Below, piece by piece: positions 14,379 to 28,150 of a stretch of DNA of 64,000 nt. The position numbers and the translations under genes were made by a program. Positions within the stretch are counted from its first letter, which is position 1, and every line of letters begins with the position of its first letter. The DNA lies in NCBI RefSeq assembly GCF_009914755.1, contig NC_060938.1; one strand, 5' to 3'. The notes under the pieces were generated by a model. That model did not search any database, was not told the DNA's origin, and saw only the letters and a list, made by a program, of their open reading frames with translations. This stretch comes from the human T2T-CHM13v2.0 reference genome, Homo sapiens.

Positions 14379-15057
14379 ACTGGAGTGAGATGGTATCTCA
14401 TTGTGGTTTGGATTTGCATTTCTCTAATGATCACTGATGTTGAGCTATTTTTCATATGTTTGTTGGCTGCATGTATGTATTCTTTTGAATAATGTGGCAA
14501 TTCCTCAAAGACCTAGAGGCAGAAATACCATTCGACCCAGCAATCTCATTACTGGGTATATTCCCAAGGGAATATAAATCATTCTGTTATAAAGATACAT
14601 GCATGTGTATGTTCATTGCATCATTATTCACAATAGCAAAGACATTGAATCAATCTAAATGCCCAACAATGATATACATAGACAGGGTAAGGAAAATGTG
14701 GTACATATGCACCATGGAATACTGTGCAGCCATAAAAAGGAACATGGATGGAGCTGTAAGCCATTATCCTCATCAAACTAATGCAGGAACAGAAAACCAA
14801 ACACCACATGTTCACACTTACAAGTGGGAGCTGAATGATGGCAACACATGGACACATGAGGGGAGCAACACACACTGAGGCTTGTAAGGATAAGGGAAGG
14901 GAGAACATCAGAAAGAATAGCTAATGGATGCTGGGCTTAATACCTATGTGATGGGATGATCTGAGCAGCAAACTACCATGGCACACGTTGTACCTGTGTC
15001 ACAAACCTGCACATCCTGTACATGTATCCCTGAACTTAAAATAAAAGTTTAAAAAAT
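14379..15057 (+). mobile_element. 5'-inverted L1PA (about PA11-PA13) 3' fragment
   Basis: 14379-14492 is antisense ORF2 sequence; 14493-15057 is sense ORF2 end and 3' UTR, ending CCTGAACTTAAAATAAAAGTT. Confidence 0.88.
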
Positions 15058-15489
15058 ATACATACATATATATATCTCCAACAAATTAATCCACAATGGT
15101 AAAAGTCACAGTGGAACTTATATTTTATTGGGTGGGCAATGGCCATGAGAGGCTATGAGGCAGATTGCTGGGCTGCTGGGAATGTTATGCATGTTAATCT
15201 TGGTGGAAGTTATCTAAGTGTGCACACTTTGTAAAAGTTAATCAAACTGTACAAGTGATATTGGTGTACCTTATGTGTTACACTTCAATAAAATAAAGTT
15301 AAAAAAATAAACTCTAGACAAATAAAGACAATATCTAGCAAAGAGGACAGGAGGTTCCCAAGGGAAAACTATTTTTCTGTTTTTTAATCGCTGTATGGGC
15401 AGAGCCAGATCAAATGTGACTAAAGCAACACTGTCAAGCTATAATTTGAAGAAACCACTTTATTTATCCTTGTTCATTCTGCCATTTTA

Positions 15490-15728
15490 CTTTCTTTTTT
15501 CCCCCCTTCCACATTTAATTTTAGGTTCAAGGGCTATATGTGCAGGTGTGTTCCGTGGATAAATTGCCTGACATGGGGGTTTGGTGTACAGATTATTTCA
15601 TCATTCAAGTAATGAGCATAGTACCTGATAGGTAGTTTTTTGATCCTCACCCTCCTCCCACCTCCCACCCTCCAGTAGGCCCTGATGTCTGTTGTTCCTT
15701 TCTTAGTACCTATGTGTACTCAGTGTTC
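15490..15728 (-). mobile_element. L1PA15/16-like 3' end fragment
   Basis: GGGGGTTTGGTGTACAGATTATTTCATC...AGCATAGTACCTGATAGGTAGTTTTTTGATCCTCACCCTCCTCCCACC. Confidence 0.85.
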
Positions 15729-15744
15729 AACTTTCACATTGAAC

Positions 15745-15896
15745 ATCAGCAAGTTTCCTGCTCTGTAAAGTCACCTAATATTATCTGTTTTATAGGATTT
15801 TTAGGGAAATTTAATGATATACTGCAATGCAAGTGCTTATCACAGTGCTTTCCACATATTGTAGCACTCACATATGCTAAATATTATTGCTATTAT
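15745..15896 (+). mobile_element. MIR SINE
   Basis: AGTTTCCTGCTCTGTAAA...AAGTGCTTATCACAGTGC...AGCACTCA. Confidence 0.6.
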
Positions 15897-15912
15897 TACA
15901 ATCATGATTATT

Positions 15913-16136
15913 ATTATTATTATTATTATTTTTTGAGATGGAGTCTCGCTCTGTCGCTCAGGCTGGAGTGCAGTGGCGCAATCTCGGCTCACTGCAAGCT
16001 CCGCCTCCCGGGTTCACGCCATTCTCCTGCCCTGCCTCAGCCTCCCCAGTAGCTAGGACTACAGATGCCCGCCACCACGCCAGGCTAATTTTTTGTATTT
16101 TTAGTAGAGACGGGGTTTCACCGTGTTAGCCAGGAT
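15913..16136 (-). mobile_element. 5'-truncated AluY with (TAT)n tail
   Basis: Stops at TTAGCCAGGAT in the left arm; TSD TACAATCAT(G/C)ATTATT at 15897-15912 and 16136-16151. Confidence 0.92.
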
Positions 16137-16619
16137 ACAATCATCATTATTTTTATCTATATTAACATTGTAAGCATTGAGTTGATTTTCGTCCATTATG
16201 AAATTTAAAGGTCCATTTTAATTGAAAACGATGGTACTTTTTCTTACTTTCTCCTATGGATTACAAATTTCCTTCTAAATGTATTGTGAAACATAATTAG
16301 AAAATTATTATGGGTTTTGTAAAACACAGTTAATAAAATGTCCTGTAAGACTGTTTTTAAGAACACACACACATTTTTTATACATAAAGTATCATCTGTA
16401 TTGTTCAGTATTTTCTCTAAACATACAAGCATTTTTGAACTAGGACCAACCAACAATACAAAACAAACCAACCAATGTAGTTTGATTACTTATTTAGAGC
16501 AGTTTTTAATGTCCTGATAATTAATTTAAATGTATACCCTATGAATCTAGTTTTGATCAACCTCTTTAGCTATATCAGTGTCTACATTTGAAGTGCAAAG
16601 CAAAACAATGACTCTTTTG

Positions 16620-17128
16620 TGTTGGGAACAGGTCCCCCAAAATCTGGCCATAAACTGGCCCCAAAACTGTCCATAAACAAAATCTCTTCAGCACTGTGAC
16701 ATGTTCGCGATGGCCATGATGCCCACGCTGGAAGGTTGTGGGTTTACCAGAATGAGGGCAAGGAACACCTGGCCCACCCAGGGCGGAAAACCACTTAAAG
16801 GCGTCCTTAAACCACAAACAAACAAACAAAACCCATGAGTGATCTGCGCCTTAAAGACATGCTCCTGCTACAGATAACTAGCCAGATCCGTCCCTTTATT
16901 TCGGCCCATCCCTTTGTTTCCCATAAGGAATACTTAATCTATAGAAACAATGCTTATCACTGGCTTGCTGTCAATAAATATCTGGGTAAATCTCTGTTCG
17001 AGGATCTCAGCTTTGAAGGCTGTGAGACCCCTGATTTCCCACTCCACACCTCTATATTTCTGTGTGTGTGTCTTTAATTTCTGTAGCGCCGCTGGGTTAG
17101 GGTCTCCCTGACCGAGCTGGTCTTGGCA
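16620..17128 (+). mobile_element. MER9 solo LTR (HERV-K HML-3 / HERVK9)
   Basis: TGTTGGGAACAGG...AAAATCTGGCCATAAACTGGCCCCAAAAC start, GAGCTGGTCTTGGCA end, internal AATAAA; perfect 6-bp TSD CTTTTG at 16614-16619 and 17129-17134, typical of betaretrovirus-like ERVs. Confidence 0.93.
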
Positions 17129-17237
17129 CTTTTGTAGTAACGTAATTCATCTCTAGCACTTCAATTTTTTTTCAGAATGAGTTTTATTTTGTGAAATGAT
17201 TTGGTCCCTTTACTTCAGGTTCACATCTTTGTTCATA

Positions 17238-17430
17238 GAAGATGGATTTTTAAGGCTGCAAGGTCAGTTGATATTATAGTACAGTGGTCAATCCTCATGC
17301 TGTCCAGGAGAAAACTGTGGTCCAGAGATGCTTAGAACTTGCTTTGAGTCACTTTTTATAAGATAGATACAGACCTAGAACCCAAGCCTCCTGAATCCAG
17401 ATTCCTTGCTCTGTTAATTATTCCATGTTA
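17238..17430 (-). mobile_element. MIR-family SINE
   Basis: GAGAAAACTGTGGTCCAGAGA...GACCTAGAACCCAAGCCTCCTGAATCCAG. Confidence 0.65.
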
Positions 17431-20354
17431 TAGTATACCCTTTCTGTGATAGGAATAACAAGACAATTGTTCAAAGAGCCAAATAGAAGAGATCCATCAA
17501 TATGTTGCTTTTCTTGAAATGAATATCTAACTCAGAGAGGTTTGTATCTAGCAAGCTGTGATCTTAACACAAGCTAGAAGGCTAAAATCAATGCAGCCCT
17601 CCCTTACTTAAGCCATGAATTAGCTGTATGGCAACATAAATATTAAAGTTGTTAATCACTTACATAGCCCCATGATCTTTTATTAGGGCTTCTTATTGTC
17701 AGAAGGTTTTACTACTGACTGTTTGGAGGATGATTTTCTTCTTTGCAAGTTTCAAAGGCATTGAAAGAGAGAATTTCATGTAACTGCATGAGATGTGTGT
17801 GGTATTTCTATGCTAGAGAAGATAGGATCTCCTGAATAAATACATTAAGTATCAGGCAATGAAGGGGTAAAGCCAAATTTACTGTAATCACAGTTCTTTC
17901 TAAAGTCATATAGCCTCTATAAATGAGATAATAAAGTAACTCACATTGGTTCCTTCTGTTCCCTGGAGTTTAAAGTGTATTAATGGCTACTGGATTCAGA
18001 AAAAATAAATACACTGGCTGGAAAAATCATTATGTGAGTTTTATTTTCCAAATATCAGTTTGGTTTCTAAGCACTCCAATAACTTACCCTTAATTTCCAG
18101 ATTGGAGCTTCTGAGAAAAATAGTTAAAATTTGGGGCATCATTTATTTTTACCCCTCTTATAATAACGAAATGTGAATTTAGCAGCTGAGTTTATCGAAT
18201 TTGGCATTAGAGCTGATTCATCTCTTTAAAAAAACATATTTTACTTACTGACTTTCATTCTTTTAGGGATAACAAACAATAAAAAGTACACCGAAAAAAT
18301 TAGTTTGAATGGGTGAATGAATAGACCCTTTCTTCTCTTTACTGAATTTAATAGTGTCATGTAAACCCCACCCAGTCCCTCTGCTAGGATTTAACACTCA
18401 GAGGTAGTGAGCATAGTTGTTAAACCAAATTACATCCTTCCTGGGACAAATGTTTAAATTTCCTTAAGTTTGCCTACACTGGGACTTTTATATTTCAATA
18501 TACCATAAGCGGGAAAGGTCAGAAATGGAGGTTGAATTGTTGGGATATTAAGAGCGGTGTGTGTTATCTGCATGCCTTACTGTGTGTGGATCCTAAGTGT
18601 GAATTGCTGACAAAAATGCATTTTGTATCACTAAATCTCATTTCCATTGACATGAAAGGAATTAACTGGCAAGAGTGAGAAAAAGACAAATTGCAGCACA
18701 CAACTGTAACAGATCAACAATTCATACTCAAAGTCCAAGGTCTTGTAAAGTGGTCAAAATATTCACAAAAGGTTAGTTTTTACATTCAACAAGCAATCAC
18801 TGTGTTTCAACCACTTGTGTAGTTTTTTCTGTAGTTTATTGTTTTTCTTTCTCAAATCTTCTTTTCTACTGAGGCAAATCGTAAAACAATGCATCCTTTT
18901 ATTGCCATTTTCTCTTTTTTTAAAACTTAAGTTCTTTCCTTTCTATATTCATACCTTCTTTCTTTTCTTCTTCCTACCTTCCCTTTCTTCTGATTTTTGT
19001 AATTGTAACATAATTCCACAATTATTGAAAGGCTAGGATGATTAAATAAGTACCTATAGCCTCATTTCTCAGGGACAATAACAGATAATATTCTAATATA
19101 GTTACTTTCAAAATGTTCTTTGTATTGTAAATGCTTGTTGAGTACAGAAATATAAAGAAATAAATTAGTTAAGATCTTAGTATATACAGATTTCATGACT
19201 TCTTTTTACTTTATATGTATTTTAGATTATATACTTAAAATTATTTTTTAAAGTTTACTTTTTTTCTTAGTTCTAAAAATAATGATATTGATTTACTGAT
19301 GTTCCAAGTTGTGATCATAAGTATTTTGCCTTGTTTTGAGTCAAGGTAAAGTTTATCAAATATATCACTTATATGAATATACACATTAATGCTGCACATT
19401 TTTCATAAATGTGAATTTAACTCACTTGTAACAGTGATAATCTTGAGCTACTACTAAATTAAATATAAAATTTAAAATAATTCAGGTGGAGGATATATTG
19501 CACCTGTTGCTACTCTACAGGCATACCTTGGAAATACTGCAGTTTCATTTCCAGACCACTGCAACAAAGCAAATATTACAATAAAGCAAGTCACACAATT
19601 TTTTGTTTTCCAGTGCATATAAATGTTGTGTTTATACTGTAGTCTGATAAGTGTTCAATAGCATATCTAAAAAACAGTGTATATACCTTAATTACAAAAT
19701 ACTGTATTGCTAAAAAATGCTAACAATCATGTGACCCTTTAGTGGGTTATAATCTTTTTGCTGACAGCAGGTCTTGCCTCCATGTTAAAGGCTGGTGACT
19801 GATCAGGGTGATGGTTGCTGAAGACTGGAGTGGCTGTGACAATTACTTAAAATAAGACAACAATAAAGTTTGCCTCTTAATTAATTGACTCTTCTTTTCA
19901 TGAAAGATTTCTCCATAGCATGCAATGCTGTTTATTATTTGGCATTTTACTCACAGTAGAACTTCTCTCAAAATTGGTGTCAGTCCTCTCTAACCCTGCC
20001 ACTGCTTTATCAATGAAGTTTATGTGATATTATAAATGCTTTGTTGCCATTTCAACAATGTTCACAGCATTGTCACCAGGAGTAGATTGTCCTCAAGAAA
20101 CTACTTTCTTTGTTCATCCATAACAAGTAACTCTTCATTCATTTAAGTTTTATCATGAGATAACCTCAATTCAGTCACATCTTTAGGCTCCGCTTCTAAT
20201 TCTTGTTCTCCTGCTATTTCCATCACATCTGCAGCTACTTCCTCTACTGAAGTCTTGAGCTCTTCAAAGTCATCCATGAAGTTTGGGGTCAACTTTTTCT
20301 AAAATCCTGTTAAGGTTGATATTTTGACCTCCTCCCATGAACCATGATTACTCT

Positions 20355-20490
20355 TTTTTAAGATTGACAAGTTATAATTGTACATATTCATGGGGTAAAT
20401 AGTGATATTTTAAAACATATATAGTGACCAGATTTGGGTAATTAACATATTCATAATGTGAGGTATTTATTATTTCTTTGTGTTGGGAAC
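20355..20490 (-). mobile_element. Short L1MA-like 3' end inserted in Tigger1
   Basis: TATAATTGTACATATTCATGGGGTA...TTTCTTTGTGTTGGGAACA interrupts collinear Tigger1 sequence. Confidence 0.7.
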
Positions 20491-21242
20491 AAATAATCTT
20501 AATAGCAGCTAGAATGATGAAAGATCCAGGAGGTTTCCAATTGACTTTCCCAGATATATCAGAGGAATCAATACCTATGTCAGTTATGGCTTTATAAAAT
20601 GTATTTTCAAAATAATAAGATATGAAAGTCAAATTTATTCTTTGATCCATGGGTCACAGAATAGATGTTGTGGTAGCAAGCATGAATACATTCATCTCCT
20701 CATTCATTTCATCAGAGCTGTTGAGTGACCAGGTACATTGTCAATAAGCAGTAATATTTTAAAATAAACTTTTTTTTTCTGAGCAGTAGGTCTTGAAACT
20801 AGGCTTGAAATATTCAGTAAACCATGCTGTAAACAGGAGTGCTGTCATCTAGGCCTTGTATTTTCCTTTATATTGTACAGGTATAGTAGATTTAGCATAA
20901 TTCTTAAGGACTTAGAATTTTTGAATTGGTAAATGAGCATTGGCTTCAACTAAATGTCACCAGCTACAATTAGCCCCTAACAAAAGGGGCTGTCCTTTGA
21001 TGTTTTGAAGTCCTATCAGCCTGTCCTTTGATGTTTTGAAGACAGACATTGATTTCTCTCTAGCTATGAAAATTCTAGATGGCACTTTCTTTCAATATAA
21101 GGTTGTTTTGTCTACATTGAAAATCTGTTGTCGAGTGTAGCCACCTTTCATCAATTGTCTTAGATCTTCTGGATAACTCGCTGCAGCTTCTACATCAGAA
21201 CTTGATGCTTCACTCTGCACTTTTATTTTATAAAAATGTCTT

Positions 21243-21648
<406 letters not shown>

Positions 21649-22549
21649 CTAAATTAGAATTTGGCTTAAGGGAATGTTGTGGCTGGTTTGATCTTCTATC
21701 CAGATCACTTAAAACATTTTTCACATCAGCAGTTAAGCTTTTTTGCTTTCTTATCATTCATGTGTTCATTGAAGTGGCACTTTTAATTTCCTTCAAGAAC
21801 TTTTTCCTTTGTCCTCACAATTTGGCTAACTGTTTGGCACAAGAGTCCTAGCTTTCAGTCTATTTGGGCTTTTGACATGCTTTCCTCACTAAGCTTAATT
21901 ATTTCTAGCTTTTGATTTAACATCAGAGATGGGGTGACTCTTCCTTTCACTTGAACACTTGGAAACCATTGTAGGGTTATTAATTGGCTTAATTTCAATG
22001 GCATCTCAGGGAAAAGAGAGGCCCAAGGAAGAGAGAGATAGGGGAGTGGCCAGTAGGTGGAGCAATCAGAACACACACAGCATTTATTGATTAAGTTCTC
22101 CATCTTATATGGGTGCAGTTTGTGGTGTCCCAAAGCAATTATATTATTAACATCAAAGGTCCCTGATCACAGATCTCCATAATAGATATAATATTAATTA
22201 AAAGCTTAAAATCTTGTAAGAACTACCAAAATGTGACAGAGAGACACAAAATTAGCACATGCTGTTGGAATAATGGTGTTGATAACTTGCTTGATGCAGG
22301 ATTGCCACAAAATTTCTATTTGTAAAAAGCAAAATATCGCCGAAGCACAATACAGCAAAGTGTGATAAAAGGAGGTATACTCGCATTTACTGAGACTAGT
22401 TTTTTTCTAATTACTTTCTCTCTTCTTCTATACAGTAACCATATATGTTATACATTTTATATAATATATATATATCCTGAAACACAGACCTGATGTAACA
22501 CACTTCTCTATATGCCTCATGTTCTTTGTAAATTAGAGCATTCATATAT

Positions 22550-23075
22550 TATATTGTCTAATAAGTGGTTTCGCTGTTTAAATGTTCTGTGGTGGTTCCT
22601 TCTTGCCTGTTGGATGTTTCTCAGAGAAAAAGTACAATGCCCTTTAACTTTCAGTGGTATGAAACTACTCAAGATTCTCTAAACATGCAATGTATTTTCA
22701 TATTGCTATAGATTCCTCAAAATCAAAGTGTTTCATCACAAAAATCCTTGACCTTGTGCTCTTCCCAAACTTTCCTTTTCCAATGCACATACACATATAT
22801 GCACTCATATACAAGATTATGTTTCTATTTAGTGAAATGTGCTAAATCATTCATTGGAGTTCAAACTCTGTATTATCTTCTCAGGCATGGCTATGCTGCC
22901 CAAATGCCCCAGGCAAGAGGGGCAATTTTTTCTTTGGAGATATGTTTATATGATATTAATCACCACAAAGTTTAGCCACTTCATAATTCGTGCTTTTGGG
23001 GGGTAAGGACTTTGCCTAACTTACTGTGCATCAGACTTTGCAGTAGGACATAGGGTTTTTACTGGATGAGTAAAT
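22550..23075 (+). mobile_element. L2 3' region, degraded
   Basis: Weak L2-like blocks, ending GTAGGACATAGG...TGGATGAGTAAAT. Confidence 0.4.
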
Positions 23076-25003
23076 AAGTTAATGTGATCAATGTATATAT
23101 TTAAGATACAGAACAAAAACCTTTTACCTCTAGATGGAGAAAACGATTTAAAAAAACCCCACACTAGATTGAGTTAAAGAAAAATAAAGGACAATTATTT
23201 GAACAATGTGAATGTGATTTAATACATGCATTTGGGTTTATAAGAGAGCTATAATACAGTGACTCTTGTATAAGGGGCAGAAACAAGGCAATGGTGAATG
23301 TGCTGGTTTTCAAGAGGTTAATGAGAAATCACGACCTACAGCTACTACCTGAATGTATCTAAACATTCCAATTCTCCAGGCTCAAGCGAATTGCATTTTC
23401 AACCAGAAACAATGCTCATTAGAGACAAAATATCTTATGAAAATACCAGATTTTTTACCCAAATAAATATTCAATTTAAAAAGTAAGGCACTAAATTTAA
23501 AAAATACATGTATCCTCAGTACTTGTATTTTTCTGTTTTCTAAATGCTTGTGGTCACTTTTTAGGGAAAAAGCAAGAACATTTAGGCAGAAATGTATAAA
23601 ATTGGAAAGAAGAAAAATAGTCACAAGGTTAAAAAGTTAGAAAAAAGCTGAAGGGACACCAACACAGCTGCCTAGAAGCATGGAGAAAACCCTTTTGGGG
23701 ATCTATAATAAATGAACATAGGTGATTAAATTTAATTCAGTAGTTGATGGTTCCTAGGGGCCAAGCTTGCCTCTCAGTACATAAAATATATAACACTATG
23801 TTGGCTTAAACATCCGCTGCCAGGCTATAAGAAACACACTTAATTCCACCTCTAACCATCTTTCACATGAGAAGTAATTTATTAAAGTCCTTGCCCTTTC
23901 CTTTGCTATACAGCTTGGGTTGCCTGTTCCTCCTCTATCATAATGATATTATTTTGCCTTAGAAACTGTGGTTTTGTCAGAGAGATTTCCATGGGCAAAG
24001 GATGAGGTAGAATGCTTTATCATTCTTTCATTACTGTGGCCTTTTGCATATTAGTTAAAATTACATAAAAATGAGAACTATCGTTATTTTACTCAGTCGA
24101 CAGTTTTTGAGTCCCTACTATGTGCCTGGCCGTAAGGATATAGAAATGGAGAGTTGAATAAGGCAACAACTGGACCCTGGGCATGTTTATATTTTAGAGG
24201 GAAAAGTGATATGAAAAATAAAAAAGAAAAAATAGTGTAACTATAATGAAAGGAGAAATTCTGTCTTTGTATGCTGGATTCTGAATGATCAACCACAAAA
24301 ATACCTAGAGAATTTTTTGGCCGGTTTCACATTGTAGCTGTTTGTCTTTGTTTTTCTTCAGAAAAGTGGAGAGAAATGGGTGAGGATTTTACACTGCCTA
24401 GACAATTAGAAGACCTAAATCCAAAGGACATAACCTAGTTACTGTTATTGGAAGACAAAGATGCTTCTAGAACCACTGATTTGCATGTTATGAGAAGAGG
24501 GACCGTGCTTCCTCATGACATGGCATGTAGAATCACAATTGGTCTTTTAGATTTTAAGTAGTTCTTATCAATAGCAGGGCACAACTAGCTAGACCCTGGT
24601 GAATGGCTGATTGATTGATAACTGCTCCAAACCTGTCCATATACCTCAACCTTGGATCACCTTTTTATTTTAAAGACCTGGGATTGGAATTTCCAAAATG
24701 AATTGTTGGTCTATAAGTAATGTTTCTAACATAGTCAAGAAAACCGCAATACACAATTGCAAATATCTGAATATAAAACAAATTTAGTTTCTCTGAATGT
24801 ATCAAAAGGGCTACATGTTTAGAATTACATAGATTAAATTCCCTTCCTGCTTGCCCTGTGGCCATTTATTGTAGAAATTGCTGAAATTTTCTTTGAATCT
24901 TATGCATTTTGGCAATATTATAGGCTCACCTCAAAAGAGTAATTTGTGGCTCTGAGTACACACGTTGTCAGCCCTGTCTACAGCACCTGCATTTATATAT
25001 TAA

Positions 25004-25326
<323 letters not shown>

Positions 25327-26433
25327 GAAAATATTATTTTTTAAGATGCACTTTAACAGTGTAAATTCCCATAGATTTAAGATTTTTAAAAGAGCAATTA
25401 TTATCAAACTCTTAAAATCTCTTAAAACCTGGGGATGTTAATTTTAAGCATTGCTATCATAGCTTATTTAATTTCTCACCCAAGTATCTCTACAGAGCAA
25501 TAGATCACGTTTTTATATTTGTGCATAGAATTGTCATATCAATATAAGATTTTAGCTCAATACTATCTCGTATTCCTGTTACTTAGCTTAGTGCTGTGTT
25601 TAATAAAATCTCTTCCCTTTATAAAAGGATAAAAGGTAAAACATAAATGTCCTTCAAATATGATTCAATATTTTATCCTAAAATCTTACCTGTCAACTCA
25701 TTCTATCCTTGACACTGCAATTAATTCCATTGTCCATTTTTGGATTTACAAAAATACTGATACGCTTTTGTTATAAAAATGATCCTCAAGAGCCTCAACA
25801 CGGAATGATGAATGGCAGATCTTACTGCTGTGCAAACTGCCCAATGCAGAACAGAGTTGAGACTATGGAAAATAAGGTTGAGGAGAAGAGACTTTGAACT
25901 GTCCCATTTTAGAAAAGGAACAATTTCTCAACCTCTATCTTTATGAATGATTGATACATTGTTAAAAAGTCTGTGAGTATTAGCTAATGATATCTGGACT
26001 TGTGCATAGGTAATCACCGAGCTGTCTGGAGGTGGTCTGGAGCACACGTGGGGTACCCACCTGTGATTATGGCATCTAGCTACCTAAATTGATATATTAA
26101 GGTAGGTCTCTCTTTGATATAAAGTGAATAAAATAAAATGTTTAATTGACTATAAATGTTCTTTGTTGCTGATAACATTTTTTTCATTTATTCTATGAAC
26201 AAAATAAGAGGTTTATTACCATAATTATATGAATTTAAAAAATGATTTATTTTAAATCCTAACTCTCTTAGTTCAAAGGTAAAACAATTCAATGTGAGTG
26301 TCTATAAGCCATCTTAGCAGGAATCTCCTTACAGCCACAATCTTGAGTATGGAAGAAATCAGATGTTTCTTTTACTTTTTATCCCCCCTTAAATTAAATC
26401 AAAATTAGAATGCTTTGTTGTTAGATCACCAGT

Positions 26434-26809
26434 TGTATTAACCTATTCTTACATTGCCACAAAGATACTACCCAAAACTTGGTAACTTATGAAAAAAAAA
26501 AGGAGGTTTAATTGACTCACAGTTCCACTTTGCTAGGGAGGCTTCAGGAGACTTACAATCATGGTGGAAGGGGAAGCAGGCATATCTTATATAGCAGCAG
26601 GTGAGAGAGAAGTGACAGCAGGTGAGAGAGGAATGAGAGAGAAGTGACTACCATGTATCAGATCATCAGATCTCATGAGAATTCACTCACTATCAAGAGA
26701 ACAGCATGGGGGAAACCACTCCCATAATCCAATCACCTCCCTCCCTTGACACATGGGGATTACAATTCCAGATGAGAGTTGTGTGGGAACAAAGAGCCAA
26801 ACCGTATCA
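26434..26809 (-). mobile_element. THE1D/MSTA-like solo LTR
   Basis: TGTATT...CCAAACCGTATCA termini; TSD CCAGT/CCAGG. Confidence 0.88.
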
Positions 26810-26810
26810 C

Positions 26811-27065
26811 CAGGATTTCTCAACGTCAATCTTTATGAATGATTGATATATTGTTGACATATCTCAATGCTACTGACATGAGGCCAGTAATTTTTGTGTG
26901 TGGTGGTGGCTTTCTTGTGTGCTGTATGATATTTCACAGCATGCTTGATCTCTGCAACTAGACACCTGTAACAACACCCCACCCCCATTTGCCACAACAA
27001 AAAATGACTTCAGAAAATGCCAAATGTCTGCTGGCAACAAAATCATTTTGAATTGAGGAAAACTG
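26811..27065 (-). mobile_element. MER20 hAT-Charlie non-autonomous element
   Basis: CAGGATTTCTCAAC...ACAACAAAAAATGACTTCAGAAAATGCCAAATGTC...CAAAATC...TTGAG...ACTG. Confidence 0.8.
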
Positions 27066-27959
27066 TGCTAGGCTGATAGAAATGTCAGGTCCCTATCATT
27101 ATCTGATTTCCCTTGCATCTCCTGTAGTGTTATGGAAAGGCCACCAAAACATACGAGAGTAAGCCATTTGGAAAGATATCCATAGTCTTAGGTGGTTATT
27201 TCTAAGACATTTGCATGACCCCCTTAAAGTTAAATGACTGCTTTTAGGCCATGCGGGGGACAGAGCAAGCTCTGTCGCAGCTGGGATACCCCATGCCTAG
27301 GGCCATTCTCCCCAGTCTTACTCCACAGCTATTATTCTCTGACCACTGCACCTTCCCAGGTCTCTGCCACAAAGCAGACAAGGAATCTATTAGTTGAGTA
27401 AACTGCTAACCTCCTCAACCACAAAAATCTCTTTCTCCTCATCCATCTCTCAAAGACCTGACCTTCTCCTACCTCTTCCTAAACACTTTGCTTGCCTAAT
27501 CTTGGCAATAAATATAGACTTAGAAATTAGGGATAAGGGCAGCTGAAAGCAAGCATCTTCATTTTACATAGTGCTGACGATCTTGGAGCAATAAATTATG
27601 AGGGACATGATCATTGCTTTAGAGTGGAAATGACGGAAAAATACAAAGAACATAATACGTATAACTGGTAAATTTGAAAGAGGAGCAGATATCTGTGATT
27701 CCAAAGGCCATATGTGGTCCTGAGGAAATTGTTGATTTCATATTTCTGAATGTTCCATCTCTGTCCTTGGAGACAAGCAAGTTACCTCCCTCCTGCCCAA
27801 CAATGGATTTTAAGAAAGACAAGCTTCCTGTAACATCCCTGTGAGCAATAGGAAGAGAGTAGACTCCTGAGTCCAGTTAGAAGTTGCCATTTTTTTAAAA
27901 TGTGAAGCAGGTATTGAAAACCCTGATGTGAATGAGGTGAGAAAGCAAGGTGGTTGGGT

Positions 27960-28150
27960 ATGTGCTTTGGAGGTTTCAACATCCAGTTGTTTCCCACGCA
28001 ATTTAGTTAATTTCTCTGGGACTCAGTTTCCTCCAATATACTATAAAATGTCCTACTTTATAAAGTGGTTTGGCAATTAAATAAGCATGGAAAGTTTAGA
28101 GTGGTGTTTTCCCTAGAGTCAACACTCCATAAATTACATCATTACTCTAT
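27960..28150 (+). mobile_element. MIR SINE
   Basis: AGTTAATTTCTCTGGGACTCAGTTTCCTC core. Confidence 0.6.

Larger units (their letters stand above)
12675..15310 (+). mobile_element. Old L1 (L1ME-like) ORF2 end and 3' UTR, interrupted by several insertions
   Basis: CTGACAAAGGACTTATATCCAGAATATATAAAGAA and GAAATGCCAATTAAAA; 3' end ACTTCAATAAAATAAAGTTAAAAAAA; collinear pieces resume after each insert. Confidence 0.75.
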
